DNA from: Octopus sinensis
Lineage: Eukaryota
Direction: 5' to 3'
NCBI RefSeq assembly: GCF_006345805.1
Contig: NC_043022.1
Span: 12,772,001-12,836,000 of the forward strand
DNA length: 64,000 nucleotides
Both the position numbers and the translations under genes were made by a program. Below the pieces are notes generated by a model, which saw only the letters and a program-made list of their open reading frames with translations, did not search any database and was not told the DNA's origin. Position 1 is the stretch's first letter, and every line of letters starts with the position of its first letter. Positions 48,160 to 60,889 of the stretch are shown here, one piece after another.

Positions 48160-48590
48160 ACGCACACACACACACACACACACATACTCCCACAGAATTG
48201 AAACGCTGATTTTTCTTTTCAGCATTGAATGTTCACCATCCCCCTTCCATTGCACACACACACACACATACTCCCACAGAATTGAAACGCTGATTTTTCT
48301 TTTCAGCATTGAATGTTCACCATCCCCCTTCCATTGCACACACGCACACACACACATACTCACACAGAGTTGAAACGCTGATTTTTCGTTTCAGCATTGA
48401 ATGTTCACCATCCCCCTTCCATTGCACACACGCACACACACACATACTCCCACAGAATTGAAACGCTGATTTTTCTTTTCGGCGTTGAATGTTCACCATC
48501 CCCTTTCCATTGCACACACACGCACACACATTCACATACCTCCCTTTTACACACACACATACACACATACACTCACACAGAGTTGAAAGC
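48160..48590. repeat. Minisatellite, 4 full plus 1 partial ~87-bp units (67-bp core plus (CA)n)
   Basis: Core TACTCCCACAGAATTGAAACGCTGATTTTTCTTTTCAGCATTGAATGTTCACCATCCCCTTCCATTG. Confidence 0.92.
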
Positions 48591-51500
48591 TCCCACTACC
48601 AGTTTGCCATCACCCCTTCCTTTCTCATTCATTGTATTATTATAGAGTATTATTATAGTAGATTATTATTAAGGCAGTAAGCTAGGAGAATCATCGGCAC
48701 ACCGGTTCAAATGTCATTGAGCTCAACAATTGCCTTTCATCCTTTTGGAGTCAATGAAATAAAGTATCATTGAGCAATGGGGCCGATGTATCAATTAACC
48801 CGCTTACCCAAACTTTCAAGCATTGTGCCTATATTAGAAAGTATTATTATTATTATTATTATTGTTGTTGTTGTGGCAAGCTGGCAGAATTGTAAGCACG
48901 CCAGGCAAAATGCTTAGTGGTATTTCGTCTGCCGTTACGTTGTGAGTTCAAATTCCGCCGAGGTCGACTTTGCCTTTCATCCTTTCGGGGTCGATAAATA
49001 AAGTACCAGTTACGCACTGGGGTCGATGTAATCGACTTAATACCTATGTCTGTCCTTGTTTGTCCTCTCTGTGTTTAGCCCCTTGTGGGTAATAAAGAAA
49101 TAAGTATTTCGTCTGCCGTTACGTTCTGAGTTCAAATTCCGCTGAGGGCAACTTTGCCTTTCGTCCTTTCGGGGTTGATAAATTAAGTACAAGCAGCATA
49201 CTGGGGTCAATCTAATCGACTGGCCCCCTGCCCCAAAATTTCAAGTCTTGTGTCTAGAATAGAAAAGATTATTATTATTATTATTAATGTGGTGAGCACA
49301 CCAGGCAAAATACTTAGTGGTATTTCGTCTGTCACTATATTCTGAATTCAAATACCGCCGAGGTTCACTTTGCCTGTCATCCTTTCAGGGTCAATAAATT
49401 AAGTACCAGTTATGCACTAGGGTCAATGTAATCGACTTAATCCCTTCCCCCTAATTTGAGGCCTTGTGCTTCCAGTAGAAAGGATTATTATTATTATTAT
49501 TATTAAGGTGGCAAGCTAGTAGAATCATTGGACAAAATGCTTAGCAGCATTTCAGCTATCGTAACAATCTGAGTTCCAGCCAAGGTTGACTTCGCTTTTC
49601 ATCCTTTCAGAGTCAATAAAATAAGTATCAGCTGAGTACTGGGATCATTGTACTCAACTATCTCACTCCCACAAAATTTCAGGCCTTGTGCCTGTAGTTG
49701 AAAGTATTGTTATTATTATTATTATTATTAAGAGAATGGGAAAGATGTTTTTCAGTAAGTTCTGCCTCTCTTTGTGTGTGTGTGTGTGTGACTACTGCAA
49801 AGGAATTAACTTGACCCCCCTCCCCTCAAAATTGCTAGCCTTAAGTCAAATATATATATATACACGACAGGCTTCTTTCAGTTTCCGTCAACCAAATCCA
49901 CTCACAAGGCTTTGGTCAACCCAAGGCCATAGTAGAAGGCACTTGACCAAGATGTCACGCAGTGGGACTGAATCTGGGACCATGTGATTAGGAAGCAAGC
50001 ATCTTACCACACAGTCCCCAGTCACGTCTGCACCTACAGAGAGAGAGAGAGAGAGAGATTCAAAATCTATTTTTGCTTTATGTTGAAATCACAGGCTGCA
50101 TTGTATAACAGTGAAGATAAGCAATACAACTGTGAGATAACAAAACGCAGTGGCCTCCCTTGGTGAAAGCCATAATTTCTAGTTTTCTTTGTGTCTCTTG
50201 TATTAAATGTTAACTTTTGTCTCTCCGACAATCTACCTGCCTATCTATCTATCTATCTATTTATCTATCCGTCACACGATAATTTTTTTTTGTAGTTAGC
50301 TACATTTCTATAATTATCTTTCAGTTCGATACATGAACCGTCAGTAACGAAGTCAAGGAGGTCATTGATCTCTGGCTATTGGGCACGTTACAGACATTCC
50401 TGAGTATACTCAGCAATAACAACAACAATACACATATACACAAGCATACAACTATGCACCCCACACACAACTACATACACAGAGGCTTAGATACATACAA
50501 ACATATAACTACACACACAAAAACATACATACGCACACACACACACATACACATTGAAGAAATTCTCTTTTACAGTTTTCCCTTCCCGAATTTATTTAGT
50601 TTAATCAGAATCCCTCAACTATCATGGATAAAGGCAGGAACGAAATTTGCTTAGTTGGGTACAAACCCAGTTTTTTAGAAGGCGTTCAAAAGCATTTTCA
50701 TTGCGCTCCACCATATTTGAGGGTTGCACTTGCCCCCTCTTTGCCCCCTGTTCCCAAGCCTATGCTATCACGTGACTTATGTAAAGCGACACTATAGAGC
50801 AACGTTTTTCAAATTTTGTTTTGCCATCAATAAGGAGAAAAACAGAGACAGAGATTTGTCTAAAATTGTTTAAATTGCTAAAATTGAAATGTTTACTTAT
50901 TAACGAAACATAAACAATGAGATCAAAAGGTCACAAATTTTGACTTATTTCTCTAAATAGTTAATATTGGTTTCAAATTTTGGCACAAGGCCAGTAAACC
51001 TAAATAGTTAATATTAAAAAGTAAACGTAGACACAGGCATGGTTGTATGGTAAGAAGTTCAGTTTGCAATCCCATGGTTTCAGGTTCAATTCCATTGTGC
51101 AGCACCTTGGGCTGTACACTTCTACACTTCTGAAGTCTTGTGAATGAATTTGACGGAAACTGCATGGAAGCTTGTCATATATATATCAGTGTTTTTGGAA
51201 ACCCTTCCTAATACCAACCACTTTACAAAGTGTGGTGGATGCGTTTTTTCATGGCACCAGCACTAGTGAAGCTGTCATGTATTTCACCAGATTATGATCC
51301 TATCAACTACAGTAGAGAGCAAGGTGGCTTTATGCTAAATGATAAAGGAAGGGGCTAGAACAAACTTCTTGCTATAGAGGAGGCACTTTGCTGCTCTCAT
51401 TATAAAAGAGTAATCAATATTTATGCTTTTAAATATGTATGCCAAAGGGAAGTTTAATGGCGGTGCCCCAGCATGGCCACAGCTCGTGAGCTGAAACTAG

Positions 51501-54500
51501 ATAAAATATAATATAAATATATATCTATATATAGTAAATAAGAATAAAACAAATGGCTATTTCAGAGTATCACTACATGTGTTCCAATAACGTTTATTCC
51601 AAACACAAATAGAATTGCCAAATTAAATAGGTAACTTTATTAACGTTCATGTTATTACAAGCCACCATTACTTCAGGAGATACCTTGCCAACTATTTTGG
51701 TGACATGCTTGTTTTTATGTCAAGTTGTATACAAAACAATTTAGTATTTAACAATTTAGCATTTTAGTGGAGAACATATTTATTAACATTTATGAGGTGA
51801 GGTTTGACAAGTGAAAACTTTCAAATAACAGTCAAACTTTCCCTTGTAAAAGTTGATATATACACTCTCTTACTCTTTTACTTGTTTCAGTCATTTGACT
51901 GCGGCCATGCTGGAGCACCGCCTTTAATCGAGCAAATCGACCCCGGGACTTATTCTTTTGTAAGCCCAGTACTTATTCTATCGGTCTCTTTTGCCGAACC
52001 GCTAAGTAACGGGGACATAAACACACCAGCATCGGTTGTCAAGCAATGCTAGGGGGACAAACACAGACACACACATGCATATATATATATACATATATAT
52101 GATGGGCTTCTTTCAGTTTCCGTTTATCAAATCCACTCACATGGCTTTGGTCGGCCCGAGGCTATAGTAGAAGACACTTGCCCAAGGTGCCACGCAGTGG
52201 GACTGAACTCGGAACCATGTGGTTGGTAAACAAGCTACTTACCACACAGCCACTCCTGTGCCACACTGACTAGAAAAATTAATTACAAATGTACATTCAG
52301 AGCATCTTCTTCCTTGGTCTTCAATTGAAGATCGAAGCCTCTAATCCTGTCGAGATTTATCTAGAAATCATAATCTACCTTACAATAACTGGCCATCAAG
52401 GCACATCACAGGTTTATTAGCGACAGAGGCAGTAGTAATATCAAAAGCAATCCTTTTATCCAGTTTAACGTGGATGTCTTGTTAGAATGCCAAGGACTGT
52501 GGTATTCACCTCAAGATCATCTCACGTAGACACAGGGTGCAGAAACGCACAGCCATATATCACAGCAAGCAAGAATCATCTGTTATGGGTGCTGGAACAG
52601 CTAGATAATATGGCTTCAGTCCACTGGATTTCCTCAGTGATGGATGTCCAGTGACCACACAACAGCCAAATCTCGCTGCCTGATATACAAAATTTTAGTG
52701 TCTTTTCAGTCACTTATGTTGCAAATAGCCATCAGGCTTATTAAAAAGTAATTATTGTATTAATACCAAAAGGTAATCTTTATATTTATGATGTGCATGT
52801 TTGTGTCAGTGAGAGAGACTGTTGGAGACAGATATATTTCAATGTATAAAGCAACTAAGGTAAAATGGAATATATCCTTGCCTCATTGTCCTAACAAGAT
52901 GTCTTTGATGTGGTCAACTGCTACTTTTTCTATCTCAATCATTGGTGTTCACAGTAGATATCACATCTGCTAACATAAGGTTCTTGCATCTGTTACCAGA
53001 AAATATTACATCTGCCAACAACAATGTATGACATTTGTTGACGTAAGGCATTTGACATCTGTCAATAAAAATCCATTACAACCGTCAACATAGTTCAGCA
53101 CCAATTTAGCCGTCATCCCATTCCTTTGTTAGTAATAAATGCAATTATTCATCACCTCAATTAGCCTCACTAATTATTGTGTCCAGACGTCATTTTTATA
53201 CTGTTGACCAATTTTATTAAATAGTTTAGGACTACACACACACGCACATGTGTATATATATATATATATATATACATACACTCACATATATTACATGCAT
53301 GTATGTGTGTGTGTATATATATGAACTCATACATATATACAAATATATATATATATGCATGTTTTATGTATATAAATGCACACACGTATATAAATGTATG
53401 CACATATATTACACACACACACACACAAATATGCATGTGAGTGTGTGGTGATTGTGAGTGTGTGTAGTTGGGCACCACATGTACATACACCAATAAACAT
53501 CTCTTATTTCACATTTCATTTTATATCTTTTATAATTTTAAACACTTGTTAGATTTATTTACATTTGTTATTTTATAATTGTTGTTTAGAAATAATGATT
53601 CTTTACTATTCTAATTAATTGTTAACATTTGTTCAAACATTGTTTCTACGAAATAAAAAGGCATTCATTGCTCAGAATTAAAGATAAATCTATTAAATCT
53701 ATTTATTTCTTTTTATATATCATCATCATCATCGTTTAGCGTCTGATTTCCATGCTAGCATGGGTTGGACGGTGCAACTGGGGTCTGTGAAGCCAGAAGG
53801 CTGCACCAGGCCCAGTCAGTTCTGGCAATGTTTCTACGGCTGGATGCCCTTCCTAACGCCAACCACTCCGTGAGTGTAGTGGGTGCTTTTTACGTGCCAG
53901 ACGGGGGTGGCAAACGGCCATGGTCGGATGATGCTTTTTACGTGCCACCGGCACGGGGGCCAGGCTGGCAACGGCCACATTCAGATGGTTTGCTTACATG
54001 CCACCGGCACTGGTATCACAGCTACAATTTCCATTGATATTGATCGATTTCGATTTTGATTCTGATTCTCACTTGCCTCAACAGGTCTTCACAAGTAGAG
54101 TTTTGTGTCCCAAGAAGGAAAGGTATGCATAAGTGGACTGGCTACATCCCAGGTAGTGTAGGTCACACTGTTTCATACTTAATTTAAAATCTTGGGGTGT
54201 GATTTATACATAGGACAAAGTTTGAATATGAAGAGAAAAACAATTCTTACCAAGATCTAACACTAAATTAGGGTCGCAACTTATACAGGAGGCAGGAAAA
54301 GAAAGGTAAAGTTACCTTGTCGAGTCATACCAACTCATAAGGGCCAGTTTCCCGGGTTCATGGCATATATATATATATATTCCATTGAAGGATTACACAT
54401 TTTTGCCAGGTGAGGGTACTGGAGCCACATGAAATGAAGTGTTTTGCTCAAGAACATACTGTGTCGCTTGGTCCTGGAATTGAAACCACAACCTTATGAT

Positions 54501-56956
54501 CAAGAGTCCAACATCCTAACCACTAATCAACGCACCTCCACTACATGCCTGTGACTTATACAGCTGGGTGTCATTATTTGAAAGGTAAAACAATGCAAAG
54601 TGCATTGTGACTAGTGATGTATAACATCCAATAATCTGATCAATACTGTGGCATTATGAAACTAGACACCGATGTCCATTTTACTACTGAAATTCAGACA
54701 CTGAGAATAATTAGATCTGGAATTATTAATCATTGAATAGTGGCCAAAGGTTGTGAATTCTCTGGTTCAAATCGCAGCCAGGGTCTCATTACAAATTCTT
54801 ACCAACCTTATTTGTCCCTGACTTTCATCCTATTACACTATTAGTCAAACTTATAAGGAACAGAGCATCATATTCCACAATCCAATACATTGGAAGAGAT
54901 TCTTCTGAACCTCTGCCTTGCAGTTCCAGCCATTAAATTCAAGAAGAAATTGTTCCATTTTCCATCATTTTGATACACATTTTGCTACAATAACAATTCC
55001 TAACATGGATGCAAAACCAAAAATTTTGGAAGCAGGGAGGTTTAGTAAATTATATCAAGTAAATTATATCAAGGCGGCGAGCTGGCAGAAACGTTAGCAC
55101 GCCGGGCGAAATGCGTTGCTGTATTTCGTCTGCCGTTACCTTCTGAGTCAAATTCCGCCGAGGTTGACTTCGCCTTTCATCCTTTTGGGGTCGATAAATT
55201 AAGTACCAGTTATGCACTGGGGTCGATGTCATCCGTTTTTCTGTCCTTGTTTGTCCCCTCTGTGTGTAGCCCCTTGTGGGTAGTAAAGATATATATATCA
55301 AGCTCAGTACTTAAATGGACCTGAGAAAATTTTATCAACCAGGAAGGCAGAGCTGACCTTGGCAATTTAAAGGGTTCAGAATTTAAAGGATTTTAATTTA
55401 AAACCAAAAGATATTTTGTCCAATGAGCTAATGATCCAGCCATACATTTAAACTTCCATAACTCCACTCTGTAAATACCATAATTTAATCTACCTACCGA
55501 CCTATTTGTCTGTTTATCTGCCTGTCAGTCAATCTGCCAATCAACTATCGATCTCTCTCACTCGAATATATATTTTTATGGTGAATACATATATACTGAT
55601 AGAGAACTAAGTCCAAAATCAGGCAAGTGAGCAATTCTCACTGATGAGGCTATGGAAAAAGCCAAAACTGATCAATCAGTATAAGGAATTCTCAAACGGT
55701 GTTTTCAGGTGATTACAGTCCCTGTCTATATATATATATGTGGAGGCACAATGGCCCAGTGGTTAGGGCAGCGAACTCGCGGTCGTAGGATCGCGGTTTC
55801 GATTCCTAGACCGGGCGTTGTGAGTGTTTATTGAGCGAAAACACCTAAAAGCTCCACGAGGCTCCGGCAGGGGGTGGCGATCCCTGCTGTACTCTTTCAC
55901 CACAACTTTCTCCCACTCTTTCTTCTGTTGGCCTGCTCGCTTAGCCAGCGGGGTGGCGTCATTTGAAGGCTAAAACAATGCGAAGCGCATTGTGACCAGC
56001 GATATATAACTACATATGATGGACTGGTCGGTCACGTGATAATATATATATATATATATATATATAATTATGTGCTTTAACTACAGAATAAGGGCATTTT
56101 CACTCTTAATTTTAGCAATGTACATGTTCTAACAACTTAGTCACATTTAGTGACAATTATAGTTTTCCTTTTTGGTAACACATTGTGCATGGCTGTCTAT
56201 ATTAATTTTATATATATATATATATATCACATCGCTGGTCACAATGCGCTTCCCATTGTTTTAGCCATCAAATGATGCCACCCCACTGGCTAAGCGAGCA
56301 GGCCAAGTGAAGAAAGAGCGAGAAAAAGTTGTACAGCAGGGATCGCCACTACCTCCTGCCAGAGCCTCGTGGAGCTTTAGGTGTTTTCGTTTAGGTGGCC
56401 GCAAATGACAAACAAGTAAAAGAATAAAACGGAGAGAAAGAGAAAGAAATATTCCTGAAACACTTGCATTCAACAAGGCTAGTGGTCCAAGGGAGGTAAC
56501 TTTGAAAACCTTTAAAAACCACACCGCTTGAATCGTTTCAGCACACGATCTCAGATCAAATCACTTGCTATGCAAGTACATCTCCGTAATAGAATCTTTT
56601 TGCATAAAAAAAAATATAAATAAATCATTTATGTGTTAGAAGTGAATTCAAAGATAAACAAAATGGATTTTGAAAAAAAAAATAACTGGGGAAAATAACG
56701 AAAAGCTGTCTGCGTGACACGAACTGTGCATTTTTCTTTTAAGCCGTATAAAAGTGCTGTTTCTGTTTTAAGTATCAGCAAACTTTCTCGCCGATAAAGA
56801 TAATAGCATCAAAATTAAAGAAAGAAATGCGGGGTAGAATGACCTAAGTATACCTGGTAGCACATCTACCCGGATTGCAGAAGATGCGTGTTTCGAAACA
56901 CACATAATGCTACAGTTCTATATTTTAAAAGAGATGGGGAATTATTTACATTATTC

Positions 56957-57262
56957 ACATTTGACGGATATTTGTCCTCATCTTGTTTGTTAACCCAACA
57001 TTTCGGCTGATATACCCTCCAGCTTTCATCAGGTGTCTTGTGGGAATTTCGAACCTGGGTTCTCATTCCTCAGGTATTTTTCCATGTTGTTGTTATTATT
57101 ATTATTATTAGTATCCAGGTCACTGCCTTGAATCGAACTCGGAATCTTGCCCGTGGGCATATGACGTAAGGTTAAGACACCTGATGAAAGCTGGAGGGTA
57201 TATCAGTCGAAACGTTGTGTTAACAACAAACAACAAGATGAGGACAAATATCCATCAAATGT
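56957..57262. mobile_element. Inverted pair of Penelope-like termini, each with a hammerhead motif (- strand 56992-57039; + strand 57174-57221)
   Basis: Arms 56957-57039 / 57174-57262; GACAC-CTGATGA-A-AGCTG-GAGGGTATAT-CAG(C/T)C-GAAA-CGT-T-GTGTT. Confidence 0.72.
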
Positions 57263-58417
57263 ACACATATAGGCGTAGGAGTGGCTGTATGGTAAGTAGC
57301 TTGCTTACCAACCACATGGTCCCGGGTTCAGTCCCACTGCGTGGCACCTTGGGCAAGTGTCTTCCACTAGAGTTTCAAGCCGACCAAAGCCTTGTGAGTG
57401 GATTTGGTAGACGGAAACTGAAAGAAGCCCGTCGTGTGTGTGTGTGCGCGCGCGCGTGTGTATGTTTGTGTGTCAGTTCCCCCAACATCACTTGACAACC
57501 TATGCTGGTGTGTTTGCGTCCCCGTCACTTAACGGTTCGGCAAGAGAGACCGATAGAATAAGTACTAGGTTTACAAAGAACAAGTCCTGCGGTGCTCCAG
57601 CATGGCCGCAGTCAAATGACAAACAAAAAAAAGAATAATGCTGTCCGCCTTTTTATCATTTAAGGGAGTTTTAACTCAATGCATCAAAAGCGAAGACCCT
57701 GCATCCTTCTAAAATTCCATGCTTTCTAAAATACGGCAACATTACTCCGTGCGTTTTATTATGTACTGTGCAGGTATTTCTGGCTGTCATTCTTTTTTCT
57801 TTCTACAAATAGGCACAAAACCTGAAATTTTGGGGTAGGGGATGGTCAACAACTATTTATTTTTATCGACCCCGAAAGGTAAAGTCAACTTCAGGAACAT
57901 TTGAACTCAAATAATAAAGCCGGGAGAAACAGCACTTGACACTTCGTTTGGCGTGCAAACGATTCTGCCAGGCCGACCTCTTAATGTTTTGGCTTTCATT
58001 GTTGTTCTTTCTTTTAAACGTTTCCAACGATTTGTCGTGCACTGAATGCAATATATTCAATTACTATTTTAATGAAGAATTCACTTCAAAATATCTCATT
58101 AATAGACCTTAGCTCCATATTTCTCGATTCTTTTATTATATCTTTCACTTGTTTCAGTTATTGGACTGCGAACAACACTGGGGGTATCGCCTTGAAAGAT
58201 TTACATTAGCAAAAAGATTAAATACTTATAAGAATCTATTATCGACTCGTAAGAATGATCAGAGGGAGAGAGGAATACCTAGGAGCGCCTGCTGCATAAT
58301 GATCAAACAGTAAAGTGGGTGTCAGCATATTTCAATGACTAATGGTTAAAGTTATTCGACTCTGATTATAAGAGTGCGGTTTCAAATCTGCAAAACTGTA
58401 AAGTTGATGTGATTATA

Positions 58418-58709
58418 GGTACTATTTAAGAAGAGTGGTCCCGGTGCGCGCACTCGCGCATCCGCCGTAGCTAGTCGTGACTAGTGGATCCTTACTTTGT
58501 TTCTGTGTTTTATTTACTTTGTTTTAAAAAATATTTACTTTGTTTACAAAAATTATTTACTTTATGTAAAAAAAATAATTTATTTTGTGTTTTAGTATTT
58601 TTTTTATTTTGCTAGGTAGTCGTTGTAGGATCGACTAGTCACGACTGGCTGGCGCGGATGCTCGAGTACGCGAGTGCGCACACCGGGTCCACTCTTCTTA
58701 AATAGTACC
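58418..58709. mobile_element. MITE with ~76-83-bp CpG-rich TIRs and AT-rich core
   Basis: GGTACTATTTAAGAAGAGTGG... / ...CCACTCTTCTTAAATAGTACC; no clean TSD seen. Confidence 0.82.
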
Positions 58710-60889
58710 ATTATTATGTACACGTCTGGTAACCTTTGTCATCGGAGAGATTGGTAGGTAAAGTCTAGCTTGATTGTATTTGAACTCAACATGTAGGGGT
58801 CAAATAGTTAAGTCGGTGAGTGTAGTCCTTTAATAAGCCTAACAGACGGGATAGCTACGGCTGGAATCTCTTTATTGAAATACTTGTTGGATTAGAACCG
58901 ACCTACAGTAAACAACATCAAAAACATGGGAGGACACACATTCGATAACGTAGTCCGAGGTACACTTATGCCTCAATAAAAGATTGGGTAGTCGCAGCTG
59001 GAATTAGGAGTCTCTTTGGTGATATGTCGTAGAATGCCCTTAACAATTGCTGCTACAAACTGATATCTGTTTCTTTATTACCCACAAGGGGCTAAACTTT
59101 TTACTCGGTGTATGTGTATATGTATGTATATTACTTCAAAAGTTCCCGCAAGCCCATATGTAAAAAAAAAAATTTTTTACGGAAATCGACGGAAAGGTCT
59201 ACTAGAGACGAAAGATCGCCTTTTTTTTTAAATGGAAGGACACATAAAACAAAAATAAGAGAGTTGCCATCAATGACGATCGATCTGTGACACCAAACTT
59301 AAAAACGTGATAGAAGGGAGGGAATTCCTATTGATTCATATTAAAGGACCAACACTCACTCACTCACTCTTTCTTTCTCACATAAACTCGTTTGTTTTTT
59401 TGGGGGGGGTCCATCTATTTTAATTCTTTTCCAATATTATTTGAATTAACATACAAAACATATTTTATCGAAGTCTTTTATTGATTCTTATAGCTCTATT
59501 TCCCCCTACAATTTTTGTTTTTTATTATTGAAATTTGAATAAATTTTACGTCTTTTCAGGCATTTGATAAACGAATTTATGTGACAACTCAATATTTAGA
59601 TTTAATACACAAAGTGTAATTAATTTTTCGGCGATCTTTCGTCTCTAGTAGACCTTTCCGTCGATTTCCGTAATTTTTTTTTTTTTTTTACATATGGGCT
59701 TGCGGGAACTTTTGAAGTAATATACATACATATACACATACACCGAGTAAAAAATTTCAGTTATCTCTTTCTTTCACACATTACTCTGTCTCTTCACACA
59801 CATTAACAGAAGCACTTCACTTACACAACATACTGTCTGTCTCCCACACCCCATCAAACACACACACACACATGTACATCAATGCTTCCCATGCACGGTA
59901 ACTTCAAAAGAACTTCCCTCGTCATACAATCGCTTTCTCTTAGTCTCTTTCGCTCTCATTACTTCAAAAGTTCCCGCAAGCCCATATGTAAAAAAAAAGA
60001 TTGCCAATTTTTCTGTTGGTTCAAACTGTTTATTAGTCAAATTGTTTTCTTTTTTATTATTAAAGTCTTCTATAATTTTCTACTGGGGTAATTAATTTAA
60101 TTAACCACAAATTATTAACATTTGCAACAGATAGGACAACGTTTCGTGGTAATTAGTATTTAGCAATAATACAATATATTAAAGATTTAATAAAGAGATT
60201 GTCTCTAAGACAGCATGAAATAACTGTCATGTACTGGGAGAGATTATATTCCGATAAAACAACCTATTTGTAAATGGAAATATAATAGAAGTACAAGATA
60301 AGAGCGGCATAACTATAGAATGATGCCCCATCGATTTGTCTCGCCATAATTTTCGATAGAAAGCCATTTTAAGTTAAGTTAAGTTAAGCTAAGTTTTTGG
60401 TTCAAAAAGCAAAAAGCAAGGCCATGTAGGGGGACATGGAGTTATGTACAGGGAGGGTGTTCATGCAAAGAGTTCAGGCCATTTCTGGGCAAGAGATATA
60501 TTTTCGATGATGTAGGTTACAATTATCTTCATAAAATTTTGGAAAAAGTTTTGTCTCTTTTTTCCTCGGAATTTCGTACCCTACAATTTTTGCTCCCTTT
60601 AAAAATTTGCCTGCATTATAATGAAATAAATACGTACTCACTATTCTGCATAAATTTCTTTCGGAGAATTTTCCCAGGCAAAATAAGGTGCGAGGAGAAA
60701 GTTCAGTCCAACCGTAAAAGAGTCATGGGTGCTTCTTCGTTTACGGCAAAGAATTAGCAGAAACTCCTCCACCCACCTCTACTCCACTACCACCCCAACT
60801 CCATAGCTACCCTCACCCCAACACCACTGCCACAATCATAATTAAGACCACCATTAATTAGTAGCAACACCTCATATATGGCAGTGATT

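Noticed and set aside
52608-52660. - strand type III hammerhead-like arrangement (GTC...CTGAGGA...GAAG)
   Set aside because: A15.1 is G, stem I cannot form adjacent to the core, and stem II is only 3 bp.
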